Below, in pieces: positions 18,494 to 26,846 of a stretch of 64,000 nucleotides of DNA. This DNA comes from Methylibium sp. GTDB taxonomy: Bacteria; Pseudomonadota; Gammaproteobacteria; Burkholderiales; Burkholderiaceae_C. The stretch spans positions 8,249-72,248 of the forward strand of contig JANMYQ010000188.1 of the NCBI GenBank assembly GCA_031382215.1, read 5' to 3'. The notes beneath the pieces are model-generated. The model saw only the letters and a program-made list of their open reading frames with translations. It did not search any database and was not told where the DNA came from. Numbering within the stretch: position 1 is the stretch's first letter; each line of letters begins with the position of its first letter. The position numbers and the translations under genes were made by a program.

Positions 18494-18913
18494 TCAGAAG
18501 CAGTTGCCCTCGTCGCTGCCCATCCGGCAGCTCCAGCGAAATGTCTCGGCGCCCTGTTTGGCCGAACGCCGGAAGATGGCCGTCGGTTCGTTGGCAATCG
18601 CATCGGGCAAGGGCACGCCGACCGGCGCGCCGGTGGAGTTGCTGAAGAAGTTGATGAAGCAGGTCACCTGCGGCGCACACAGCAAGCCCACCTGAAGGGC
18701 GTAGGCAGCGCGGTTGCGCAACTGGGCATGGGCCGGCGGCACGATGACGACATGGATCAACCCTTGCCGGCCCGCCACTTCCCAGGGGCTCGCGGGCTGC
18801 GCTTGGGCCAGTGCCGGCGCGCTGGCGAGCAGCATGGTTCCCAGCGCCAACAGCGCAGTGCGGACGGCCCGCAGTCTGGCGGGTTTCGAGCGGGTCGTCG
18901 GATCGGAGTTCAT
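18494..18913 (-). CDS. Secreted Cys-containing hypothetical protein (139 aa)
   Basis: ATG at 18913 (MNSDPTTRSKPARLRAVRTALLALGTMLLASAPALAQA signal peptide). The mature part contains 4 Cys. No family recognised. Confidence 0.6.
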   Translation of the reverse strand: MNSDPTTRSKPARLRAVRTALLALGTMLLASAPALAQAQPASPWEVAGRQGLIHVVIVPPAHAQLRNRAAYALQVGLLCAPQVTCFINFFSNSTGAPVGVPLPDAIANEPTAIFRRSAKQGAETFRWSCRMGSDEGNCF

Positions 18914-19033
18914 TTGGTTGCGCCAGGCCTGCCGACCCGAAGGTGGATCGATCGGCGCCATTGTTGGCCGGAACTCCGGCGGCGACAAGGCGGCGACGTG
19001 TGCGTTCGGTTCAGAAGCACTACAGTGGCACCC

Positions 19034-19375
19034 ATGGTCGAAAAGTCGTTTGCCCTTCTGGTGGCCGCCGTCTGTCTGGTGCTGCTGGTGCGCCTGTTCA
19101 TGCCTGAGCGCTATCGCTGGCGGCTGGATTCGGCCGCGCAGAGCGCGTGGCACGGGCTGGTCGCGCGGGTACGCGGGGTGTGGCGCTGGCGCTCGTCGCG
19201 CAAAGAGGCGGCACGCCTGGCCGAAGAGGCCATTGCCCGCGCCCGAACTGGCGTGGAGCGGGACGGCAACGTGCTGCGCCCCAAATCATTCGGCCGACCG
19301 CCTGGCTCGCGTCGCGGTTCGCCCGAGCCTCGCGACGCGCCGCGCGACTCGGGCGAGCCGCGCAAACCTCACTGA
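19034..19375 (+). CDS. Hypothetical single-TM protein with Arg-rich tail (113 aa)
   Basis: ATG at 19034 (MVEKSFALLVAAVCLVLLVRLF) in composite ORF 18173..19375. The tail is basic and probably disordered. Coding status is uncertain at this GC content. Confidence 0.4.
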   Translation: MVEKSFALLVAAVCLVLLVRLFMPERYRWRLDSAAQSAWHGLVARVRGVWRWRSSRKEAARLAEEAIARARTGVERDGNVLRPKSFGRPPGSRRGSPEPRDAPRDSGEPRKPH

Positions 19376-19390
19376 GCCGGGCGGGCCGAA

Positions 19391-19579
19391 TCAGTACCGG
19401 CGGCCGCGCCGGTCGCGGTACTCGCCCTGATCCTGGCCATGACCCGGGTGGCCTGGCTCGATCACCACGGCCCGAGGCAGGTAGGGCCGCGGCAAGATGA
19501 TGCAGGCACTGAGCAACTGGCTGGCGAGCAGCACGCCGATCACGGCCAGGCTGCGGCGGTTGAAGTAAGCCTTCATCAT
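19391..19579 (-). CDS. Small lipoprotein (62 aa)
   Basis: MMKAYFNRRSLAVIGVLLASQLLSAC has a canonical lipobox (L-S-A-C). It lies 37 nt downstream of the M23 peptidase gene on the same strand. Confidence 0.5.
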   Translation of the reverse strand: MMKAYFNRRSLAVIGVLLASQLLSACIILPRPYLPRAVVIEPGHPGHGQDQGEYRDRRGRRY

Positions 19580-19616
19580 GGGTCTCCTCGGTGCCGGTGA
19601 GTGGCCCGTGCGTTCT

Positions 19617-20537
19617 TCAACGGGGCCGATCGCCCGGCTGTTGACCAAGCTTTGTTTCCGGATCGTAAAGCACGCCGGCGGTTGCGTCGGCGCGTGCATC
19701 GGCGGCCAGGAACAGGGCAGGGTCCACCATCGCCCGGTTCAGGCTGACGGACCAGTGCAGGTGCGGCCCGGTCACGCGGCCGGTGGCGCCAACCGACCCC
19801 AGGCGATCGCCGCCCGCGAGCCGATCACCCACCTTCACCTGAATATCGCTCAGGTGGCAGTACATCGTCAGCAGGCCCGCGCCGTGGTCCAGCCACACCG
19901 TCTTGCCGTTGAAGAAGTAGTCGCCGGTGTCGATCACCCGCCCGGCGCGTGGCGCAAACACCGGCGTGCCGGTCGGCGCGGCAATGTCCATGCCGCTGTG
20001 CGGGTTGCGGGACTGGCCGTTGAACACGCGGCGCAGCCCGAACGAACTGGAGCGTGGCCCTGCTACGGGCGCGCGCAAGCTCAACTCGGGCGGCGCCGTG
20101 TCGCTGAAAGTGGCGATCACCTGCGCCTGGTGCGCGCGCTCGCGCTCATAGCGCGCCAGGTCGGCCTTGGACAGGTCGACCTTGCCCGGCGCCACGGTGA
20201 GGCGCTGTTCGGCGTATTGCATCGGTCCGATGGCATAGCTGCTGCGCTGCGGTTCGGGCTGGCCGGCGCGCCGCACCAGCAGCGTCGCGTTGCCGGGCAC
20301 TGCACTCAACGGGATGCCCAGCACGGCGCGCCAGCCCCCGGGGTCACCCATCACCAGAACCGGCACGCCATTCGGCAGGCTCGCCTGCGGGCGTTCGGCC
20401 GACGGCCCCAATTCGAGCGTGACCACGCCGCCGGGTACCGGGCGGGAAATGTCGAGTGCCTGCGCCGGGCCGCCCAGCAGCGCACCGGCCGCCACAAGCA
20501 GCGCTGTCGTGAAAGAAGGTCGGGATCGTCGGGTCAT
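19617..20537 (-). CDS. M23 family metallopeptidase (secreted)
   Basis: ATG at 20537 (MTRRSRPSFTTALLVAAGALLGGPAQA). Contains HSGMDIAAPTGTPV and GATGRVTGPHLHWSV LytM-type motifs. Confidence 0.9.
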   Translation of the reverse strand: MTRRSRPSFTTALLVAAGALLGGPAQALDISRPVPGGVVTLELGPSAERPQASLPNGVPVLVMGDPGGWRAVLGIPLSAVPGNATLLVRRAGQPEPQRSSYAIGPMQYAEQRLTVAPGKVDLSKADLARYERERAHQAQVIATFSDTAPPELSLRAPVAGPRSSSFGLRRVFNGQSRNPHSGMDIAAPTGTPVFAPRAGRVIDTGDYFFNGKTVWLDHGAGLLTMYCHLSDIQVKVGDRLAGGDRLGSVGATGRVTGPHLHWSVSLNRAMVDPALFLAADARADATAGVLYDPETKLGQQPGDRPR

Positions 20538-20612
20538 GCTGACATTGTGGTGCAACCCATTCAAGCCATCCGCCAGCACAATGCGGTTCCCGCACGACCC
20601 TTCCCAGCCACC

Positions 20613-21227
20613 ATGGATACCGTTCCATCCGAGCTCTGGCACACCCTCGACAGCAAGGATACCGGGGCCGACCACCCGCGTTCCACGCAAAAGTCGCCGG
20701 TGCTGGCGGCCACCGCCATCAAGCTGTTGCGCACGCCCACGGCGCTGGCTCAGCTGAGCCCGGAAGAGTCGGCCTGCGTCGTGGCCTTTATGCGGCTCGT
20801 GGGCTTTGCGCCGGGCGCCACCATCATCAAGGAAGGCGACCAGCAGGAAACCGGCTACATGCTGCTGGTGCTGACCGGTGAAGTGTCGGTGCAGACCACC
20901 GACGCCGCGACCCGCGAGCCGGTGGTGATCTCGGTGCTCGGGCCAGGCAACGTGATCGGCGCGATGGGCCTGCTCGATGGTGCGCCGCGCTCGGCCACCT
21001 GCGTTGCCACGAGCCGCATCGAAGCAGCCGTGCTGTCGCGCGGCGCGCTGGACCAGTTGATCGAGCAGCACCCGCGCGTCGGCGCCAAGCTGATGGTGGC
21101 CTTGTGCCAGCGCCTGAGCGACCAGTTGCGCGCCACCGGCCAGCAACTCGGCATGTACGTGCAGTTGATGCAGAGCATGCAGACCGAAATCGATGCGCTG
21201 AAGCAGCAGTTGAGCGGCCGCACCTGA
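20613..21227 (+). CDS. Cyclic-nucleotide-binding domain protein without DNA-binding domain; C-terminal coiled coil
   Basis: ATG at 20613. cNMP-binding beta-barrel (IIKEGDQQETGYMLLVLTGEV...GPGNVIGAMGLLDGAPRSATCVA). It ends in MYVQLMQSMQTEIDALKQQLSG, and no HTH is visible. Confidence 0.8.
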   Translation: MDTVPSELWHTLDSKDTGADHPRSTQKSPVLAATAIKLLRTPTALAQLSPEESACVVAFMRLVGFAPGATIIKEGDQQETGYMLLVLTGEVSVQTTDAATREPVVISVLGPGNVIGAMGLLDGAPRSATCVATSRIEAAVLSRGALDQLIEQHPRVGAKLMVALCQRLSDQLRATGQQLGMYVQLMQSMQTEIDALKQQLSGRT

Positions 21228-21260
21228 GCGAGGGCTTCGGCGCACGTCGGCCGGCACCAC

Positions 21261-21578
21261 TCAGACTTTCATCGCCGGCCCCGCAGGCCGCGCAGGCGGG
21301 GGTGCAGCGGCCTGCTGCTCCAGAAAGTGCACGAAGGCCAGCAACTCGGCCACGGCCCGATACAGCGGCTCGGGGATCTGGTCATCCAGATCCAGCTGCA
21401 TCAACAGATTTACCAGCTCCGGCGAGTCGTGCACGAACACGCCCGCGCCGCGCGCCTGTTCGACGATGCGCTCGGCCATCAGCCCGTAGCCCCGGGCCAC
21501 CACCTTGGGGGCGCTCTGGCCGGGCTGATAAGACAGCGCAACGGCGGAAGGGCGCTCAGGTCTTTTCGGCGGGTTCAT
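21261..21578 (-). CDS. FlhB C-terminal-domain-like protein (EscU/YscU/HrcU-family fragment, YlqH-like)
   Basis: AVALSYQPGQSAPKVVARGYGLMAERIVEQARGAGVFVHDSPELVNLL...IPEPLYRAVAELLAFV equals the post-NPTH part of FlhB-C. No TM domain and no NPTH motif. Confidence 0.8.
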   Translation of the reverse strand: MNPPKRPERPSAVALSYQPGQSAPKVVARGYGLMAERIVEQARGAGVFVHDSPELVNLLMQLDLDDQIPEPLYRAVAELLAFVHFLEQQAAAPPPARPAGPAMKV

Positions 21579-22614
21579 GGGGTGGGCCCGGCGCTTGCAC
21601 CGTCATGCCCGCGAGGGTCAGGCCCGCAGCCTGCAGCGCCGCCGCCAGGCGCCCGCGGTGCGTGGCCAGCAAGCTCGCGCCGTCGGCGCTGCCCAGCGTC
21701 ATCGCCAAGGTCAACTGAGTGCCCGCCACACGCAATTGCGCTCCCAGTGCGCCAAGGCGGGGCAGATCAAGCCGGATCTGCGTGGTCCATGTCTCGGGAT
21801 CTTGGTGGCCCTCGGCGGGGCGTTCGGCAGCTTCGTCGTCACGCGCGTCGAGCGGTTCGCGCTGGAGGCTCCACTGTGCCGGCTGCCCCGGCCACGCGAA
21901 GCCGGCAAAGGCCAACGGCTTGCCGTCCAGCGCATCGAGCTGGCGCTGCAGCACGCTGCCGAGTTCTGCGCTGGCGGCTTCGCGCATGGCGGCGGGCGCA
22001 TCGTGCGGCTGCAGCTGCGCTTGTGGCTCGCGGCTCAGGCTCGCCAGCGGCATGCGGCCCTCGGCCCAGGCCAACAGGTGAGACTCGTAGAACAGGCCAC
22101 TGTGCACGATGGCCTGCGCGACGGCCTGGGCCCGCTCGGCGGGTGGCGCGGCCGGGTCGCCGACCAGCACCGGCGCGTGGGCGTGAGCCGACGCCAGCGT
22201 GGCGGCGCCGGCCTGCACCAGCGCGTTGAGCGACTGCGCTGCCGCACTGAGTTGCACCGCCACCGCACCGTGGGCCGGGGCGGGGGACGCGGCTTCGGCC
22301 AATACAAAGCTCAGCCTCGGTGTCAGCGATGCCACCTGCAACGCCAGCGTCCCGCCCTGCGTTGGCACGGCGGTGTTGGCCGGCCATTGCAACGTGATCA
22401 CGGTGTTCTTCACGACAGCCAGCCATTGCCGGCCCTGCAAGGGCTCGACCAGGCGCGCGCTGACGGCCTCTCCGACGACGAAGCCGGGCCCCGGCGCACC
22501 CTGCGCTTGCACGGCCATCAGCAGGCGGCCGACATCGCCGCGCACGCGCTCGACCGGGCTGCCCGGCGTCACGGCGCCGACCTTGTCGAGCGAAGGGCCG
22601 GCCGGCTTGATCAC
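21556..22614 (-). CDS. FliK-like protein (flagellar hook-length control C-terminal-type domain)
   Basis: The C-terminal TQIRLDLPRLGALGAQLRVAGTQLTLAMTLGSADGASLLATHRGRLAAALQAAGLTL resembles the Flg_hook domain. It overlaps the downstream FlhB-like gene by 23 nt. Confidence 0.65.
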   Translation of the reverse strand: MIKPAGPSLDKVGAVTPGSPVERVRGDVGRLLMAVQAQGAPGPGFVVGEAVSARLVEPLQGRQWLAVVKNTVITLQWPANTAVPTQGGTLALQVASLTPRLSFVLAEAASPAPAHGAVAVQLSAAAQSLNALVQAGAATLASAHAHAPVLVGDPAAPPAERAQAVAQAIVHSGLFYESHLLAWAEGRMPLASLSREPQAQLQPHDAPAAMREAASAELGSVLQRQLDALDGKPLAFAGFAWPGQPAQWSLQREPLDARDDEAAERPAEGHQDPETWTTQIRLDLPRLGALGAQLRVAGTQLTLAMTLGSADGASLLATHRGRLAAALQAAGLTLAGMTVQAPGPPHEPAEKT

Positions 22615-22622
22615 GCACGCCT

Positions 22623-23189
22623 TCAGTACGGCTTGCGCCCCAGCACGTTGCCGGCCGGGTGGTAATTGCAGGCCACGATCAGCGTGTTATTGCAGATCGC
22701 CTGGCCGCAGCCGAGCTGGGTGGTCTGGCGCCACACCATCTGCGTGTAATGGCCGGCCGGGCCCCAGTTGGCCTCGGTCAGCACACCGCCGTGGTAGTCC
22801 TTCTTCTCGGTCTCCCAGGCCTTGGCGGCGTCGACCGCGATGAATGCGCCGAAGGTGCCCTGGAACAGGTTCTCGCCGTAGGCGTTCGGGCTGCGGTGCT
22901 TCATGCGGCAACCGCTGATGGCCAGTTGTTCGGCCCATTGCTGCGCATAGGCCGCGAGCTCGTTCGACCAGGTCATCGGCCCGACGCCGACGTCGGCGCG
23001 CACCTTGTTGTGGTGCGCGGTGATCTCATTCATGTCTTGCGGCGACAGACCCGGCGGTGGCAGCGCCGCCCTCGACAACGGCGCTGCAACCGACAGCGGC
23101 GCGGCCGTTGGCGGCATGCCGGTCGAAGACGCGCAGCCGGCGGTCGCCAGCAGGCACAGCATGAGAGCGGGGTGACGTTTCGCGACCAT
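22623..23189 (-). CDS. CAP/SCP/PR-1 domain lipoprotein
   Basis: MVAKRHPALMLCLLATAGC lipobox. Contains HHNKVRADVG, GHYTQMVWRQTTQLGCG and CNYHPAGN CAP motifs. Confidence 0.85.
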   Translation of the reverse strand: MVAKRHPALMLCLLATAGCASSTGMPPTAAPLSVAAPLSRAALPPPGLSPQDMNEITAHHNKVRADVGVGPMTWSNELAAYAQQWAEQLAISGCRMKHRSPNAYGENLFQGTFGAFIAVDAAKAWETEKKDYHGGVLTEANWGPAGHYTQMVWRQTTQLGCGQAICNNTLIVACNYHPAGNVLGRKPY

Positions 23190-23199
23190 CGCGTCCCTG

Positions 23200-25035
23200 C
23201 TACTTGCTCCAGGTGTCCTTCAGGGTCGCGGTGCGGTTGAACACCAGCTTGCCCGGCGCGTGGTCCTTGCGGTCGGCAACGAAGTAACCGTGCCGCTCGA
23301 ACTGGAAGCGCTCGTCGGCCTGCGCCGTTGCCAGGCCCGGCTCGACATAGGCCAGCACGGTCTTCTTGGCTGTAGGGTTCAACACGCTCAGAAAGTCGCG
23401 CCCGCCCGCGTCGGGCTGGGCTTCGGTGAACAGGCGGTCGTACAGGCGCACCTCGGCCGGCACGCCAGCTGCCGCGCTGACCCAGGTGATCACGCCCTTC
23501 ACCTTGACCGCATCCGCGCCCGGCGTGCCGCTCTTGGTGTCGGGCACCAGCGTGGCGAGCACGGCGCTGATCTGGCCCTGCGCGTCCTTCTCGAAGCCGG
23601 AGCACTCGATCACGTAGCCGTACTTCAACCGGCTCCGGCTGCCGGGCACGGCCGCGCCGGTGGCGTCCACACGCGGCGGGCTCAGGCGGAAGAAGCCCTT
23701 GCTCGGCACTTCCATGAAGTCCTCGCGCTCGATCCACACCTCGTTCGTCAGCACGAAGTCGCGCTGGCCGCGTTCGGGGTGGGCCGGGTGCACCGGCGCG
23801 TGGCAGGGCTCGCGGTGATCGCGGTTGCCAAACACGTCGGCGAAATTGGTGAGCTTGAGCTTGAGAGGGACCAGCACCACGCAGGCGCGTGGGGCCTTGG
23901 CGTCCAGGTCATCGCGCAGCGCGATGTCGAGCGACGAGTAGTCGATCCAGCCGCCCGCCTTGCTCACACCGCTGCGTTCGGCCAGCAGTTGCAGGCTCTC
24001 GGGCGTGTAGCCGCGTCGGCGCATGCCCACCAGCGTGGGCATGCGCGGGTCGTCCCAGCCGTCCACGTGGCCCTCGTCGACGAGCTGGCGCAGCTTGCGT
24101 TTGCTGGTGACGATGTAGGTCAGGTTCAGGCGCGCAAATTCGTACTGGTGCGGGCGCGGTTGTTTCGTCAGGCCCAAGGTGCACAGCGTGTCGAGCAGCC
24201 AGTCGTAGAACGGCCGCTGGTCTTCGAATTCGAGCGTGCAGACGCTGTGGGTGATGTTCTCGAGCGCGTCCTCGATCGGGTGCGCATAGGTGTACATCGG
24301 GTAGATGCACCAGCGGTCGCCGGTGTTGTGGTGGGTGGCGCGCTTGATGCGGTACAGCGCCGGGTCGCGCAGATTGATGTTCGGGCTGGCCATGTCGATC
24401 TTGGCGCGCAGCACCATCGCGCCGTCGGCATGTTGGCCGTCGCGCATCTCGCGAAAGCGCTTCAGGTTCTGTGCCGGTGAACGCTCGCGAAACGGGCTGT
24501 CGGTGCCGGCGTGGCCGAAGTCGCCGCGGTTGTGGCGCATTTCATCGGCCGTCTGTTCGTCGACATACGCGTGGCCGGCCTCGATCAGCGCTTCGGCGGC
24601 GCGGTACATGAAGTCGAAGTAGTTGCTCGCGTAGTACAGGTGGCTGCGGCTCGCGCCCGGGTGTTGCGGGTCAGGGGTCTCCCAGTCGAAGCCGAGCCAC
24701 TTCACCATCTCGACGATCGCGTCGACGTACTCCTGCTCTTCCTTCTCGGGGTTGGTGTCGTCGAAGCGCAGGTGGCACACGCCGCCGTATTCGCGCGCCA
24801 GCCCGAAGTTCAGGCAGATGCTCTTGGCGTGGCCCACGTGCAGGTAACCGTTCGGCTCGGGCGGGAAGCGGGTGCGGATGCGGGCCGGGTCTGCCGGGCC
24901 GGCGGCGTGGTGTGCCGCGTCGCCCGGCGTGCCCGCGAACGTGCGCCCGGCATAGCTGCCCTGGGCCAGGTCGCGTTCGATGATCTGGCGCAGAAAGTTG
25001 CTTGGTTTGCTGGTGTCGGCGGCGTCTGCGGTCAT
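23200..25035 (-). CDS. glnS: Glutamine--tRNA ligase
   Basis: NFLRQIIERDL...TRFPPEPNGYLHVGHAKS (HIGH) and colinear class-I GlnRS blocks. The N-terminal region carries an insertion of about 20 aa relative to remembered E. coli GlnRS. Confidence 0.95.
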   Translation of the reverse strand: MTADAADTSKPSNFLRQIIERDLAQGSYAGRTFAGTPGDAAHHAAGPADPARIRTRFPPEPNGYLHVGHAKSICLNFGLAREYGGVCHLRFDDTNPEKEEQEYVDAIVEMVKWLGFDWETPDPQHPGASRSHLYYASNYFDFMYRAAEALIEAGHAYVDEQTADEMRHNRGDFGHAGTDSPFRERSPAQNLKRFREMRDGQHADGAMVLRAKIDMASPNINLRDPALYRIKRATHHNTGDRWCIYPMYTYAHPIEDALENITHSVCTLEFEDQRPFYDWLLDTLCTLGLTKQPRPHQYEFARLNLTYIVTSKRKLRQLVDEGHVDGWDDPRMPTLVGMRRRGYTPESLQLLAERSGVSKAGGWIDYSSLDIALRDDLDAKAPRACVVLVPLKLKLTNFADVFGNRDHREPCHAPVHPAHPERGQRDFVLTNEVWIEREDFMEVPSKGFFRLSPPRVDATGAAVPGSRSRLKYGYVIECSGFEKDAQGQISAVLATLVPDTKSGTPGADAVKVKGVITWVSAAAGVPAEVRLYDRLFTEAQPDAGGRDFLSVLNPTAKKTVLAYVEPGLATAQADERFQFERHGYFVADRKDHAPGKLVFNRTATLKDTWSK

Positions 25036-25207
25036 GGTTCATTCTATCGGCCGGGTCCATTTGCCCGGGCTGGTCGGGGGGGCGGCGCCACCTTTGTACA
25101 CAGGAGCTTTACCTTTTTTGACATGAGGATGGTCAACAGCGGCTTGCCGGGCGCCGTTGTTGGCTCAGGCCCGCAATTGCTGCGTGCCCCCCAAGGAGAA
25201 ACGGAAG

Positions 25208-25738
25208 ATGAACAAGCCCCTGATCGCAGCCCTTGCCGCCACCGCCACGCTGCTGGCCGCCGGCGCCGCTCATGCCGGCGGCAACGTGAACTGGTCCGTC
25301 GGCATCGAATTGCCCAACGTCGCCACGGTGATCTCCAACTTCCCGGTGCCGCCGCTGCCGCGCGTTGTGGTGCAGCACCGGCCTGCGGTGGTTTACGCGC
25401 CGGCTCCGGTGTACTACGAGCCCGCGCCGGTGTACTACGAACCCGCGCCGGTGGTTTACGAGCCCGCGCCGCGCGTCGTGTACCAGCAGCAGCCCACGGT
25501 CGTGTACCGTCCGGTACCGGTGGTCGTGCAAGGTCGTAACTGGGACCGTGATGGCGACGGTGTCCCGAACCGCTACGACCGCCACGACAACCGCTGGCAC
25601 GCCGCCTACGGCGACCGCGACCATGACGGCGTGCCGAACCGCTACGACCGCGTCGACAACCGCTACTACGGCGACCGCGACCGCGACGGCATTCCGGACC
25701 GGCACGACCGGCGTGACGACCGCAAGGGCCGTCACTGA
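25208..25738 (+). CDS. Secreted repeat protein: PXPV-type Pro/Val/Tyr repeats plus thrombospondin-type-3-like Asp-rich repeats
   Basis: AAGGAGA RBS and signal peptide MNKPLIAALAATATLLAAGAAHA. Repeats are APAPVYYEPAPVYYEPAPVVYEPAP, then DRDGDGVPNRYDRHDN / DRDHDGVPNRYDRVDN / DRDRDGIPDRHDRRDD. Confidence 0.7.
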   Translation: MNKPLIAALAATATLLAAGAAHAGGNVNWSVGIELPNVATVISNFPVPPLPRVVVQHRPAVVYAPAPVYYEPAPVYYEPAPVVYEPAPRVVYQQQPTVVYRPVPVVVQGRNWDRDGDGVPNRYDRHDNRWHAAYGDRDHDGVPNRYDRVDNRYYGDRDRDGIPDRHDRRDDRKGRH

Positions 25739-25862
25739 TCGAGTTGGCTGAGTGAACGAAGGGCGCCTGCGGGCGCCTTTCGCGCTTTTCGAGGCAGCCT
25801 GCGCCTGCCTGAGATGGCCCAGTTACCATCGCCGGATTGCGACTTTTCGACAGGATCCGGCC

Positions 25863-26804
25863 ATGACCCTTAAAGAAACCTTGCTGGTGATCGGCGCCCC
25901 GGTGCCGGTGATCGAACAAGGCCTGGCGCAGCGCTTCGAGCTGGTGCGCGAAGCGCGTGCCGGCATCCGCGGTGTGGCGGTGGCCGGCGGCCATGTGCGC
26001 ATCGATGGGGCGTTGATGGACACCCTGCCGGTGCTCGAGATCGTCTCCAGCCTCGGCGTGGGCTACGACCATGTGGACGCCAAAGAAGCCGCGCGCCGCG
26101 GGGTGGTGGTGACGCACACGCCCGACGTGCTGACCGGCGAGGTGGCCGACCTGGCCCTGTGCCTGCTGCTGTCCACCATCCGCCAGATTCCGCAGGCCGA
26201 CCGCTATCTGCGCGCGGGCCACTGGCTCAAGGGCGCGATGCCGCTGACCACCACGTTGCGCGAGCGCAAGGTCGGCATCCTCGGCCTGGGGCGCATCGGC
26301 AAGGCCATCGCCAAGCGGCTCGATGCCTGCGACGTGACAGTGGAGTACCACGGCCGCAAGCCGCAGGAGGGCGTGCCCTATCGTTACCACGCGACCCTGC
26401 TGGGTCTGGCGCGCGAGTGCGACGTGCTGCTCGTGGTGGCCTCGGGCGGCGCCGAAACGCACCACATCGTCAACGCCGAGGTGCTGAAGGCGCTCGGGCC
26501 CGACGGCATCCTGATCAACGTTGGCCGCGGTACGGTGGTCGACGAAGCGGCGCTGGTCGAGGCGCTGCAGAACAAGACCATCCTGTCGGCCGGCCTGGAC
26601 GTGTTCGAGAACGAGCCGCACGTGCCGCCGGCACTGATCGCGCTCGACCACGTGGTGCTGCTGCCGCACGTCGGCTCGGCGTCGGTCTACACGCGCAAGG
26701 CGATGGCGCAACTGGTGGTGGACAACCTGCTGGCGTGGTTCGACGGCCGTGGCGCGCTCACCGCGGTGCCCGAGTGCAAGCACCTGGGCGCGGGCAGGCG
26801 CTGA
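25863..26804 (+). CDS. D-isomer-specific 2-hydroxyacid dehydrogenase (glyoxylate/hydroxypyruvate reductase-like)
   Basis: ATG at 25863. GILGLGRIGKAIAKR NAD motif and LLPHVGSAS catalytic block. Confidence 0.9.
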   Translation: MTLKETLLVIGAPVPVIEQGLAQRFELVREARAGIRGVAVAGGHVRIDGALMDTLPVLEIVSSLGVGYDHVDAKEAARRGVVVTHTPDVLTGEVADLALCLLLSTIRQIPQADRYLRAGHWLKGAMPLTTTLRERKVGILGLGRIGKAIAKRLDACDVTVEYHGRKPQEGVPYRYHATLLGLARECDVLLVVASGGAETHHIVNAEVLKALGPDGILINVGRGTVVDEAALVEALQNKTILSAGLDVFENEPHVPPALIALDHVVLLPHVGSASVYTRKAMAQLVVDNLLAWFDGRGALTAVPECKHLGAGRR

Positions 26805-26846
26805 AAGTTCGATAGCTCGACAGATGCGACTGGCCGGAGAGGCCGT

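Noticed and set aside
21261-22614. Reading the FliK-like/FlhB-like genes as part of a flagellar or injectisome locus.
   Set aside because: There is no flhA, fliPQR, rod/hook, ATPase or secretin gene anywhere in the 64 kb. The neighbours are glnS, a CAP-domain lipoprotein and a cNMP-binding protein. The pair is kept as an orphan-pair finding instead.
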